Source of the DNA: Octopus sinensis
Lineage: Eukaryota
Assembly (NCBI RefSeq): GCF_006345805.1
Contig: NC_043013.1
Span: 14,818,001 to 14,882,000 of the forward strand
Reading direction: 5' to 3'
DNA: 64,000 bases
Each line of letters starts with the position of its first letter. The stretch's first letter is position 1. Positions 51,057 through 62,704 of the stretch are shown piece after piece. The notes under the pieces are model-generated. The model saw only the letters and a list, made by a program, of their open reading frames with translations, was not told the DNA's origin and made no database searches. The translations under genes and the position numbers were made by a program.

Positions 51057-51087
<31 letters not shown>

Positions 51088-51093
51088 CATAAA

Positions 51094-51171
<78 letters not shown>

Positions 51172-51865
51172 CGTATCTATATATGTACACACACACACAC
51201 ACACACATTATATATACATGAAATCTCCAATTATGCTTTCTTGGTTTTGTTCTATATGCTGGGTGGTGATCAAATTCCAGTCGTTTGAGGTGAAGTTGTT
51301 CAAAACTAATATTGTAAATATATTGTTGATCATTTTTCTCTGTTAAATCTTTGTCTTTTGTCTCCATCTTTTCTTCTCAACTTCCAAACTTTAGCTAAAT
51401 AAATGCAATTACCTTTAATTTATGGAAAAATTTTTTTTGTATATTCTTGTAATTTTTTATGTATTTTCTTTTTTTTTTGTCTGAATTGTCAGTATCGTAT
51501 TTCATTTTTGTTACTGTATAATATGTCACTAAAATAGTTTTTTTGGGTTTTTTTTTGTTAGTTTTTGTTTTTGTTATTGATGTTAATATTGTTATTATTT
51601 ATCCCAACCGTCACCAACAAGATATTTAATTAAAAATGCTGATTCAATTAATTTCATTCTTCTGTTGTCTTCTTTGTCTTCACTTACTCTTGTCATTTTC
51701 TTATTCTTTGATGCTTCTTTGTCAGTTTAATTCCAGCCTCCACCTAGGCCTTTCTTGGTGACCTTCAGCAGAGTCTGTTCTGTTGCAGGCATTCAGGTTA
51801 AGCTTCCAGTTTGAACATTCATCTCTCCCTCCTTCTCGTCAATCCTCAGAGACCCTAAAAAGAGA

Positions 51866-52091
51866 TTAACCCTTTCGTTACCAATCCGGCTGAAACCGGC
51901 TCTGGCACTGAGTACAAATGTCTTGTTTTCATTAGTTTTGAATTAAAATCTTTCACCAAACCTTAATCACAATTTATGTGCTTAATGCTAGCTTAATTAT
52001 AACTAAGTTATTTTACTAATTTCTTTGTTATATTTAAAGTAATTGAAAGAAACAGAGCATCTGAAAATAAATACAGTAACAAAAGGGTTAA
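51866..52091. mobile_element. TTAA-ended (piggyBac-like) MITE
   Basis: TTAACCCTTTCGTTAC ... GTAACAAAAGGGTTAA, a 16-bp inverted repeat with 1 mismatch. Confidence 0.8.
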
Positions 52092-52599
52092 GGGCATTGC
52101 CCTTTCTCCAGACTTAGAGGCAGTAAAAGAAAATTTTCTATTTTTCTTCTTTCTCTCATTAAAAAAAAAAAACTAGGAAGCTGACCAAATGAACTGATAC
52201 AACTCACTTGTGACCTTTTTTTTAGATTCTGGCTCAAGAAAAAGAAAAAAGTGATATTGTTTGTTTTACAGCCTCGCTGATGGAAATTGTAGTTGTGATA
52301 CCTGTGCCAGTAGCACGTAAAAAGCACCAATTGAACATGGCCAATGCCAGTGCTGCCTTGACTGGCTTCTGTGCCGGTGGCACGTAAAAAGCACCCACTA
52401 CACTCATGGAGTGGTTGGCACTAGGAAGGGCATCCAGCTGTAGAAACACTGCCAGATCAGACTGGTGCCTGGTGCAGCCCCCTGGTTTCCCAGACCTCGG
52501 TTGAACCGTCCAACCCGTGCTAGCATGGAAAACAGATGTTAAACGATGATGATGATGATGATGCTAGGAATCCATAGGTGTTATTTCATTTCAAAGTAA

Positions 52600-54030
52600 A
52601 TAGAAAACTCATTCTGTAGCATAAAGCCTAAAATTTGTGGGGAGAAGGCCAGTCAATTAGATCAACCCCAATATGCAACTGGTACTTAATTTATCGACCC
52701 TGAAAGGATGAAAGGCAAAGTTGACTTCAGCAGAATTTGAACTTGGGACATAAATACAGACAAAATACCACCAAGCATCACACCCAGCATGCTAACGATT
52801 CTGCTAGCTCATCTGTAGCATAATAATAATAATAATAATAATTCTTTCTACTATAGGCACAAGGCCTGAAATTTTGAAGCAGAGGGAGCTAGTCAATTAC
52901 ATCAACTCCAGTACATAACTGGTACTTATTTTAATGACTTCCAAAATAGAGGAAAGTCAAAGTCAGCCTTAGTGGAAATTGAACCCAGAATGTAAAGCAA
53001 GAAGAAATGTTGCGGAGCATTTTTCTGACACTAATGATTCTGCTGCTTCACCACTTTAATAATAATCCTTTCTACAATAGGCACAAGGCCTGAAATTTTG
53101 AAATTACATTGACCCCAGTACTCCACTGGTATTTTATTTTATTGACACCAAAAGGATGAAGGTCAAAGTCAACCTTGGCAGAATTTGAACTCAGAACATA
53201 AGGATAGACAAAATGCTGCTGAGCATTTTACCCAGCATGCTAACTATTCTGCCAGCTTGCCACAAGGCCAGGCCTGAATATTTTTTGGTGGTGGTGGTGG
53301 TGGTGGGGACAGTCAATTATATCGCATTCCCCCTATGCTCAGCTGGTACTTATTTTATCAACTTCAAAAGAATGAAAGGCAAAGTAGACCTCACTGGAAT
53401 GTAGTAATAATAATAATAATAATGGTTTCAAATTTTGGCACGAGGTCAGCAGTATCAAGGAGGGGGTAAGTTGATTACTTCGACCCCAGTACTCAATTAG
53501 TACTTATTTTGTCAACCCTTGAAAGGGTGAATGGCAAAGTCAACCCCAGCAGCATTTGAACCTAGAACATAAAGACAGATGAACTGCTGCTAAATATTTT
53601 GCCTGGCATACTAACAATTCTGTCAGCTCACTGCCTCTTATAATAATAATAATAATAATAATCCTTTGTACTAAAGGGACAAGGCCTGAAATTTGTAGGG
53701 AAGGGACTAGTCAATTATATCAACCCCCAATGTTTCACTGGTACTTAATCTATTGACCCCAAAAAGATGAACGGTAAAGTAGACCTCAGTGGAATTTGAA
53801 CTCAGAATTTATTTTATCGATCTTGAAAGGATGAAAAGTAAAGTCGACCTTGGTGAAATTTAAACTCAAAACCTAAAGATGGACAAAGTGCCAGTAAGCA
53901 TTGTGCCCAGCATGCTAACAATTCTACCAGCTCACTACCTTAATAATAATAATAATTTTGACATAAGGCCAGCAGTTTTAGGCAAAGGGGATTAGCCAAC
54001 TACATTGACCCCAGTACTTAACTGGCCCAC
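52600..54030 (-). mobile_element. Head-to-tail cluster of about 7-8 SINE A2 copies on the minus strand
   Basis: Repeated (aat)n...caaggcctgaaattt...gaccccagt...ggtactt...gatgaaaggcaaagt...atttgaac...gctaacaattctg blocks. Confidence 0.8.
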
Positions 54031-54059
54031 CATTACGTCCTGTCCTTGGTGCAGTGTAG

Positions 54060-54478
54060 TGGCTCAGTGACCCCTGAGAGCTATGCCATTAGAGCATAAG
54101 CTCCTGATAAGGCCTCCCATGTAGGACAGATCAAAGGAGAGAGGCCAAACTAATATGGACCACTTCTTCCCAGAGGTAAAAATGGGTTTGCATCGGGCCA
54201 ACGTCCTTATCTAGTGAAAACTAAAGTTATAGAAGCATTAATAACAATTTCAAAACCAAAAAGTCTTGGAAGAAGAAGGCCTTCCTTCAGAAAAATATTT
54301 GAACAGATACCATAAGGGAGGTAGAAGAGAGGACACCTTCGAGATACTGAGACAGATCTGAAAATGCAGGGACTCAACTGAAGAGAAGCAGAAAAGACAG
54401 CCCAAAGTTTAGAACTGGGGGAAAAGAGTTTGACAATGGCCTATGCTCCATAGGGAGTGAACAGCTTAAGTAAGTATT
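54060..54478 (+). mobile_element. Internally deleted element of a second RTE-like lineage with (TAAG)n tail
   Basis: The 3' part reads DTETDLKMQGLN...AEKTAQ...GLCSIGSEQ and ends cttaagtaagta. The 5' part looks like a non-coding RTE leader. Assignment is from memory of RTE termini. Confidence 0.55.
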
Positions 54479-54589
54479 TATCTAATTGCTACTTTTGTGT
54501 GATACAAATAATATTTTTTCAAACGTAGAATTGCTGTTAGAACAGCAGAAATACTGGATAAATTATCTTTACCAGGCAGAAAAATTTGT

Positions 54590-54668
54590 CAACAACCAGC
54601 CATGGGGTACGAACCCATATCCCTCAAAGGCTCTAGCTGAGTGCTTTACCATTAAGCTAAACGGCCCA
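54590..54668 (-). mobile_element. tRNA-derived SINE head (family G)
   Basis: Minus strand GGGCCGTTTAGCTTAATGGTAAAGCAC...GGGTTCGTACCCC gives A and B boxes but no valid acceptor stem. Related heads near 11040-11130 and 16545-16625. Confidence 0.55.
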
Positions 54669-57589
54669 CTGAATTAGATACTGGATACTTCAGCTTTCAT
54701 AGAATTCCCATGCCAGTGGCATGTAAAAAGCACCATTTGAGCGTGATCATTGCCAGCATCACCTTAATGGCACATGAAAAACAACATTTGAGCGTGGTCA
54801 TTGCCAGTGCCGCTGGACTGGCTCCCATGCAGGTAGCATGTAAAAAACACCTTTTGAGCGTGGTCATTGCCAGAACCACCTAACTGGCCCTTGTGCCGGT
54901 GGTATGTAAAAAGCACCCACTACACTCTTGGATTTGTTGGCATTAGGAAGGGCATCCAGCTGTAGAAACTTTGCCGGATCAGACTGGAGCCTGGTGCAGC
55001 CTTCTGGCTCGCCAGTCCTCAATCAAACCGTCCAACCCATGCCAGCATGGAAAGCAGATGTTAAACAACGATGATGATAATGATATGACAGACTTCTTTC
55101 AGTTTTCGTCCAGATCCACTCACAAAGCTTTGGTCAGCCCTAGACCATAGTAGAAGACACTTGCACAAAGTGTCATACAGTAGAACCGAACCTGGAACCA
55201 TGTAGTTGGCAAGTAAACTTCACATCATACAACTATGCCTACACCAGCTCTTTATAAAGGCCAAAATATTTCCTGTTCTTTTAAGATTCGGTCTTTCTGA
55301 TGTATACAATTTTAAAGAATCTCCATTATTGCCTACTGGGTTTTTTCAGATTAGTTTCCACATCTGAACGTGGCTGTTGCCAGCGCCGCCCCGACTGGCC
55401 TCTTTGCCGGTGGCACGTAAAAAGCACCAACCGATCGTGGCCATTGCCAACCTCGCCTGGCACGTAAAAAGCACCCACTACACTCATGGAGTGGTTGGCG
55501 TTAGGAAGGGCATCCAGCTGTAGAAACACTGCCAGATCAGACTGTTGCCTGATGCAGCCTCCTGGCTTCCCAGACCCAAGTTGAACCGTCCAACCCATGC
55601 TAGCATGGAAAATGGACATTAAATGGTGATGATGATGATGATGATGATCTCAGTTGTTAATGATTACATTGTTTTGGTTATTGCTCTTTTAAGAATCTTC
55701 AGGTACCACTTACATTCTGGATTGTTCTTGAAATTTCAAATATGAACACTTTTATCAAACTCATCATCATCATCATCGTTTAACGTCCGTTCTCCATCTA
55801 GCATGGGTTGGACGGTTCAACCGGGGATCTGGGAAGCCAGAAGGCTGCACCAGGCTCCGGTCTTATCTGGCAATGTTTCTACAGCTGGATGCCCTTCCTA
55901 ATGCCAACCACTCCGTGAGTGTAGTGGGTGCTTTTTACATGCCACCTGCACTGGTGCCAGGCGAGGCTGGCATTGGCCATGGTCGGATTGGTGCATTTTA
56001 CGTGCCACCTGCACGGAAGCCAGTCGAGGCGGCACTGGCTTCGGCTGTAGACATAAATTGATCTCATTTTGTTGTTCATGTCTACGATGGTCTTGCATTA
56101 GTTATTCTTCTACTTTGTGATGCTACTTGCTTTGTAGGAGAGTAATAACCGATATGCAAATTCTGATAATGTTACTTAATATAAGAGACACCTGCAAAAA
56201 GAAGGTCAGTGGGTACAACAGGTGAAACATTGTGATCGTGTCACATTGTTCAAATCAACATATCATCATCATCATCACCATCACCATCATTATCATCATC
56301 ACCATCATTATCATCATCATCATCATTATCATCACCATTATCGTTACCATCATAATCATCAGCAGCAGCAGCAGCATTGTCATCATTATAATTATTGATT
56401 TATTCATGGCAACTGTCATACCCTTCCTCAGACACCCAAACAGTGAATAAATCAATATGTATATGTGTAAGAATATATTTATATAGTTCTTTTATCACAT
56501 CTAGTAGCTTTCTAATATACAAAACTATTTTGGTACTTCTGACTCATGCTGTGTTGTGCATAAAATATATTTTCTTTAATTAAGGATGAGACATCAGACT
56601 CACAAATATACAAACAAAGCCATCCACCTTAGTTGCTAGTTGCTGATTGCTTAATTGTTAACTAACTTATAAAGTCGACTCTATGCTTCTATACAAGGAG
56701 AATGGATGCATCTTCTCTGAAGAGCAATCAGAAAATCATGAACCAGACTGTCAGGAGACCCTTCCCTCACTCTGTTTTCTGCACGCTGAAGGCCTAGAAG
56801 AAATGTGTTTATATTTGTTATGTTGTTTTACCACGTCTAAGGCTTTCAACTATTTAAATCTAAGTAGGTTTTTTTTCGAACAAGCATAGACACATTTAGA
56901 GAATGAATATTTATTATACATATTTTATTACCATCTCTAGATTAAGTAAGACCCTGATACTTAATTCATTTATATACTTATATATTGTTGTTGATGCTAT
57001 TAAAATAGCCAAGGATTGTCTTTGACCTAAAGGAATTTGGATTAGTATTACTTGAGGTATATATATTTCAATAGTTGTAGATTCTATTTACTTCATTATT
57101 TTGTCAGTTATAATTTTTTTTAATTGTACTTGTTATGTAGTTGAAAAGTTTATGCTCACACTCCTAAACATAGGTATTTGAATCAATTTTTTTTGCAATC
57201 TAGCTGTCCTTTCACATAGAATTTCGTCTGTCTTTTGAACCAAAACCCTGAAGCGATTTATATACATGGATATGAATTGTTTATAAATCAAATAATGTAT
57301 ACAAGTCAAAACAAATTGTTGGCTTTTTTGGTTTTTTTAATAATTTTTTATGTTATCTTATTTATATTATATTCATAGTCTATTATGTTATATTATGATT
57401 ATGGTATAAATAAATTGTTAGATTGTCAATTGAATCTCTCTATAGAATCTATTGTTTTTAATTTGTATTACACCCCTATTTCTGTGGTATTCAACTGACG
57501 TACCAGTGAACTGGATTGTTTTACACAACCCTTTGAAGGAATTTCTTTCCTTAGTATTTTTTTTCTTTTTTTTTTTACTTTGATATTTA

Positions 57590-57790
57590 TCTATTATATA
57601 AAATCTGTTCTGTCTGTGTGTGTGGCTTCTAGGATCTCGAGCATCTTCCATCCGATTGCGCTCAAATTTGATATGGAGATACCGACAGTATCAGGGCATG
57701 TATAAGTCTTGAAAAAATTACAAAAATCAATTCCAGGTGAGAATGCGATCGATAAAGCCATGGGAACATGCATTTATACGCACAATAAAA
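57590..57790 (+). mobile_element. Probable Helitron-like 5' fragment
   Basis: A|TCTATTATATAAAAT start followed by ctgtctgtgtg microsatellite and ccgattgcgctcaaattt. No CTAG end found. Confidence 0.45.
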
Positions 57791-58129
57791 TCGTTTTTCT
57801 TTGGAATAGAAAAAAGTCTATCTTTATTTCTTCTTTTGCTGGTGTCACAAATTTAGTTTAAATCAGTGTTTCTCAAAGGGGAAGACTATGGGACGGTCGG
57901 ACAAGTTGTTTTGAGAAAATTTGGTTTAAATGTTTGACAACTCAGCACCATCCATTGGATGGGGGGGGGCGTTTTGCTTGTATATATATATACAATCCTA
58001 ATGGGTATCATATTCACTTTTACTGGTTACTAATGCTGGCTAACGTCTGCGAGTGTAGAAAAACTCCAGTTAGTTTATTTTACTATCCTTAGTAGATTTT
58101 CACATCGGTAAATCTATATGTTTCTATAG

Positions 58130-58513
58130 TGGAGGTGCAATGGCCCAGTGGTTAGGGCAGCGGACTCGTGGTCATAGGATCGCGGTTTCGATTCCCAGAC
58201 CGGGTGTTGTGAGTGTTTATTGAGCGAAAACACCTAAAAGCTCCACGAGGCTCCGGCAGGGGATGGTGGTGATCCCTGCTGTACTCTTTCACCACAACTT
58301 TCTCTCACTCTTACTTCCTGTTTCTGTTGTACCTGTATTTCAAGGGGCCGGCCTTGTCACTCTCTGTGTCACGCTGAATATCCCCGAGAACTACGTTAAG
58401 GGTGCACGTATCTGTGGAGTGCTCAGCCACTTACACGTTAATTTCACGAGCAGGCTGTTCCGTTGATTTGGATCAACCGGAACCCTCGTCGTCGTAACCG
58501 ACGGAGTGCTTCC
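58130..58513 (+). mobile_element. tRNA-derived SINE family E with 12-bp target-site duplication
   Basis: Head TGGCCCAGTGGTTAGGGCAGCGGAC...GGTTTCGATTCCC. Flanks ATGTTTCTATAG (58118-58129) and ATGTTTCTGTAG (58514-58525). A copy with the same head and a different 3' half lies at 8839-9115. Confidence 0.88.
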
Positions 58514-58638
58514 ATGTTTCTGTAGTGTCTGCATGTTGTCGGTAGAGAAGAAATAATAAATTAATAATAAGGAGAACAGAGATTTATATATCCAGTTTTA
58601 ATCTGCAGTCAATCACGTCTTTTCATTTCTGCACCTAC

Positions 58639-58710
58639 ATATGTTTTTGCTGCACTTTCATGCACACTGCAAAATTTTGCAGTGTGCACGAAAATTCAGC
58701 AGAAACATAT
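58639..58710. repeat. Loop-less palindrome of about 72 bp
   Basis: Perfect 28-bp centre tgcacactgcaaaa|ttttgcagtgtgca (58661-58688) with imperfect extension to atatgttt/aaacatat. Confidence 0.85.
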
Positions 58711-59229
58711 ATAAAGTTAATCCAAATATGCATATATACATACATATACACCCACACACATAATATGTGTATGTGTGTGTATAGATAGATAGATAGGTAT
58801 TATATACATATGAGAGGGATGACCACTATGTGGACAGCCCTTATGCTAGAAGTAGATCCGCTATGGTCTTACCATTAAGAAATGTTCTCAAGAAAAATTT
58901 AGCAAACACCAATAAATAGATATAGATAGATAGATAGGTAGGTAGGTAGGTACCCACTCACAAGGCTGTGAATGGCCTGAGATTATAGAAGACACTTTCC
59001 TAAGATGCCACACAGTGGGACTAAATCTCTGGCTGCATGGTTAAGAAGCAAGCTTCTTAACCATGCTGCCACACCTGGTATAATATAATGTAGGTGGGTA
59101 GGTAAGCAGACAGGAAGAAAGAAGGATGGAAGGAAGGATTGAGAGAAAGAGAGGGAGAGATATGTGTTGACTATTCTCAGTACACACTAACTCCACGAAA
59201 GAAAAAATTTAAAATGCACACAAATGTAA

Positions 59230-59627
59230 TCTTTATATATAAAAGTGAAGTTGTGTGTCTGTCTCCTACGATTTAGATTCCTAACTACTCCCACATTTTG
59301 CGGTGCAGTTTAACCAAAACCAGGTATCTTATAGTCGTGATTCATATCGAGCCCTTCTGGGTATTAGCGCGCATCTACGATGAGTCTACGATTTAAAAAA
59401 AAATTTACCATCATTTTTTTCCATTTTAATGCATTTTTTCGCTATTATATAAGGGAAGTAACTCTCTAAAAATGTCTACGATGAGTCAACGATTTAAAAA
59501 AAAATTTACCATCATTTTTTTCCCATTTTTAATGCATTTTTTTGGTATTTTTTGGCTATAACTCTCTAAAAATGCTTATATAGTTATTTCCCTTACAAAC
59601 CCGAGCAACGCCGGGCGATACTGCTAG
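59230..59627 (+). mobile_element. Complete non-autonomous Helitron (398 bp)
   Basis: A|TCTTTATATATAAAAG start, subterminal hairpin CCCGAGCAACGCCGGG, CTAG|T end, no TSD. Internal tandem duplication of about 100 bp. Confidence 0.88.
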
Positions 59628-60085
59628 TAATAAATAAATGCAATAAAAAATTCTATGAAACATTAATTTTGAGATAATTAACAATAAGATATTTTTTTTT
59701 GAATTCTATCAGTCAACAAATGTAGCAGATCTTACTTTTAAAAGAATCTATCAGAGCAAGGCAGAATATGACAGAATATCTGTCATGATTTTCTCTTCTG
59801 TTTTTAGCCTGTTTGTCATAGGAATGCTTAAATAGACAGATATTCAGTGTAAACATTTGTGTGCTTGGAGTGTGCTGTATTTGGTCTCCAAATGCAGGAA
59901 TCGATGTCCCATCAACTACTTCCACTGGTTAATTATAAAAACAGAAGTCAGAGGAAAGAGTAAACTCTTTTCACTGACCAGGATATTTTCCCCACAAACT
60001 CTTCTCTCAAAAGTGAATTTTGACATTTTGGTCAAGAATAAATTCTTCTTTTAAAATTTGGTGGGTTTTTTAAACAGAACCCTCC

Positions 60086-60291
<206 letters not shown>

Positions 60292-61040
60292 GAGCATAAT
60301 CCTATGAACCAGAAAAAAAAAATGAAGGAAAAAGGGGAGCCACTTACTGTAATGTGTTTTCTGTTTGCATGACACTATTGCCCAAGGTTCCCATGGTCTT
60401 TTCCGTAGGTTTTCTATCCACAGACAAACCCAATCTGTTTTCCCTTTTTACATTGACATTTCTGTGATACACGATCCCTATTGATCGGCCCCACTTTTTT
60501 TTTTCACAATCCCTTTTGATCGGAATCCAACCCATTTTTTTTCTTTCTCTTCTTCCCAAAAACAAAAGCTCTACTTTGTATTTTGTCCCTTCTATGTTCA
60601 GCCCTGCTTGGCCAATAAATAAATCTATCTATCTCTTTCTCTCTCTCTCCCCCTTTGTTGTTATTTTTAAACTTCTTTATCTTCAGCGAGCTGGCAGAAT
60701 CATTAGTACGTGGGGCAAAATGCTTAGCAGTATTTTGTCTGCTGTTATGTTCTGAGTTCAAATTCCGCCGAGGTCGACTTTGCCTTTCATCCTTTCGGGG
60801 TCAATTAAATAAGTACCAGTTATACACTGGAATCGATGTAATCGACTTAATCCCTTTGTCTGCCCTTGTTTGTCCCCTCTGTGTGTAGCCCCTTGTGGGT
60901 AGTAAAGAAATAAATATTATATACTTGTTTGTGTGGAAATATATGCAAGTATTATATACTTGTATACATTTCCACATGTACAGGTATGTATGTTGTGGAA
61001 ATATAGGGCGTGGAAAAGCTGCTTAAACAGTAAGGAAAAT

Positions 61041-61580
61041 TGTGGTTGATGGTAGAATTGGTAGAACAACAGGTAAAATGCTGGTAGATGGTAAAATTAG
61101 TAGAGTAACAGGCAAAATAGTGGATGATAAAATTTGTAAAGCCTCAAGCAAAATGGTGATTGATAGGAGAATTAGTAGAGCAATGGGCAAAGTGCTGATG
61201 GATTGTAGAATAACAGGCAAAACAGTGATTAATGGTGGAATTGGTAGAACAACAGGCAGCAATAGGCAAAATGGCTGTCAATGGTAGGATTGGTAGATAA
61301 ACAAGCCTAATGTTGATGGTTGGTAGAATTGGTAGAGCAACTGGTCAAATAGTGATTAATGGTAGAATTGGTAGAGCAACAGGCAAAACAGTGGTGGGTG
61401 ATAGAATTGGTAGAGCAACAGGCAAAATAGTAGTTGATGGTAGAACTGGTAGAGCAGCAGGCAAAGTGCTGATGGATGGTAGAATTGGTAGAGCAACAGA
61501 CAAAATGCTGGTGGTAGATGGTAGAACTGGTAGAGCAACCAAGAAAATAATGGCAAAGGGCAAAATTGGTAGAGAAATAG
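61041..61580. repeat. Diverged 39-bp minisatellite, about 14 copies
   Basis: Consensus ggtagaattggtagagcaacaggcaaaatagtggttgat. Explains the GRIGRATGK repeat ORFs. Confidence 0.9.
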
Positions 61581-62122
61581 TGTGATTTGACTGAATCTTT
61601 AAATTACAGATAAAGTTTATCCAACAGGCTTCCATTCAGTTTTGCTCTACTGGAAAGACTTAGATTGACTTGAAAGAGAAAGAAGAGCGGGGGCATAGAG
61701 AGAGAGAGGGTGGGGTGAGAGAGATGCTTATCTTTCAGATTTCTCACCAATGTAAAAGAGCTGGTTTCTACCCTAGAAACTATGCTCTTTCACTGGTATT
61801 AAGACATAACTCAGTCAGGTGTGTAAATACATACATACAGACATACATACATATATATATAATATTATTATGGAAAATTATTCCAAACTTATAGGGAAAG
61901 ATTCAATTTAGAAATACTAAATCTAATTTTACAAAATATAATATATATATATAAATTAGAAGAAAACCACCTTTTATCAATTCAACAATGAAAAAACTAA
62001 ATTATACCATTTTGAAAAAAATTACATCTTATAGAAAAAAAAATTAAATATAGGATAAAAACATACACCAATTATTAAGTAATGTACAAAATAATAAATA
62101 AAACGTATATAATGGATAAAAT

Positions 62123-62204
62123 GACAACACATGTTTCGTGGCTATATTTAAGAACTGATAACAGTAAAATCAATTCAATTTAAATATAGCCACTCTTCAG
62201 GTTA
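62123..62204 (-). ncRNA. Hammerhead-like motif, probably degenerate
   Basis: Minus strand: CUGAAGA, perfect 14-bp stem II (GUGGCUAUAUUUAA/UUAAAUAUAGCCAC), GAAA, palindromic ACAUGU. Stem I (UAAC/GUUG) forms only if the cleavage-site nucleotide is missing. Confidence 0.4.
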
Positions 62205-62442
62205 GAGATAAAAGCAATAAAATAATTAAATAAATAAATATATGTATATAATCTTGTAAAATACAAAATATCTTAACAAATATATTCTGGTGTAAATAAA
62301 AATAAAATAAATAGGTATAAATATTTATTATATCTATAAAAATAAAATTTTAACTTATATAAGAAAAGAATAACAAACTATAATATATCATTACTAGGAA
62401 ATTAAAATACAATCAATTAAATTATTTAAAACAAATATACAT

Positions 62443-62478
<36 letters not shown>

Positions 62479-62668
62479 AGGCATGTATATATGTATGTAT
62501 GTGTCCTGTTTTCCATTTGCTTCTCTCGTTGTTTTGCATATTGTATTCATTTGCTTCCGTATTTCATGTTGTTTACTGTTGGTGACGTCCTGTACTCATA
62601 TATGCATGTGTATACATACATACATACATACATACATGCATGCATACATACATACATACATACATACA

Positions 62669-62704
<36 letters not shown>

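Larger units (their letters stand above)
52280..56045. mobile_element. Cluster of RTE-tail repeats: 52280-52563(+), 54700-55086(+), 55365-55648(+), 55763-56045(-)
   Basis: Each has the aggaagggcatccagctgtagaaa core and a (gat)n tail. The last two form a tail-to-tail inverted pair about 110 nt apart. Confidence 0.85.

Noticed and set aside
54590-54668. tRNA-like sequences (also SINE A, B and E heads)
   Set aside because: A and B boxes are present, but acceptor and anticodon stems do not close and each continues into a SINE body.
61023-61635. GRIGRATGK / LPVALPILP repeat ORFs on both strands
   Set aside because: By-product of a 39-bp tandem unit. Interrupted by stops, no splice context, and the unit matches a SINE head.
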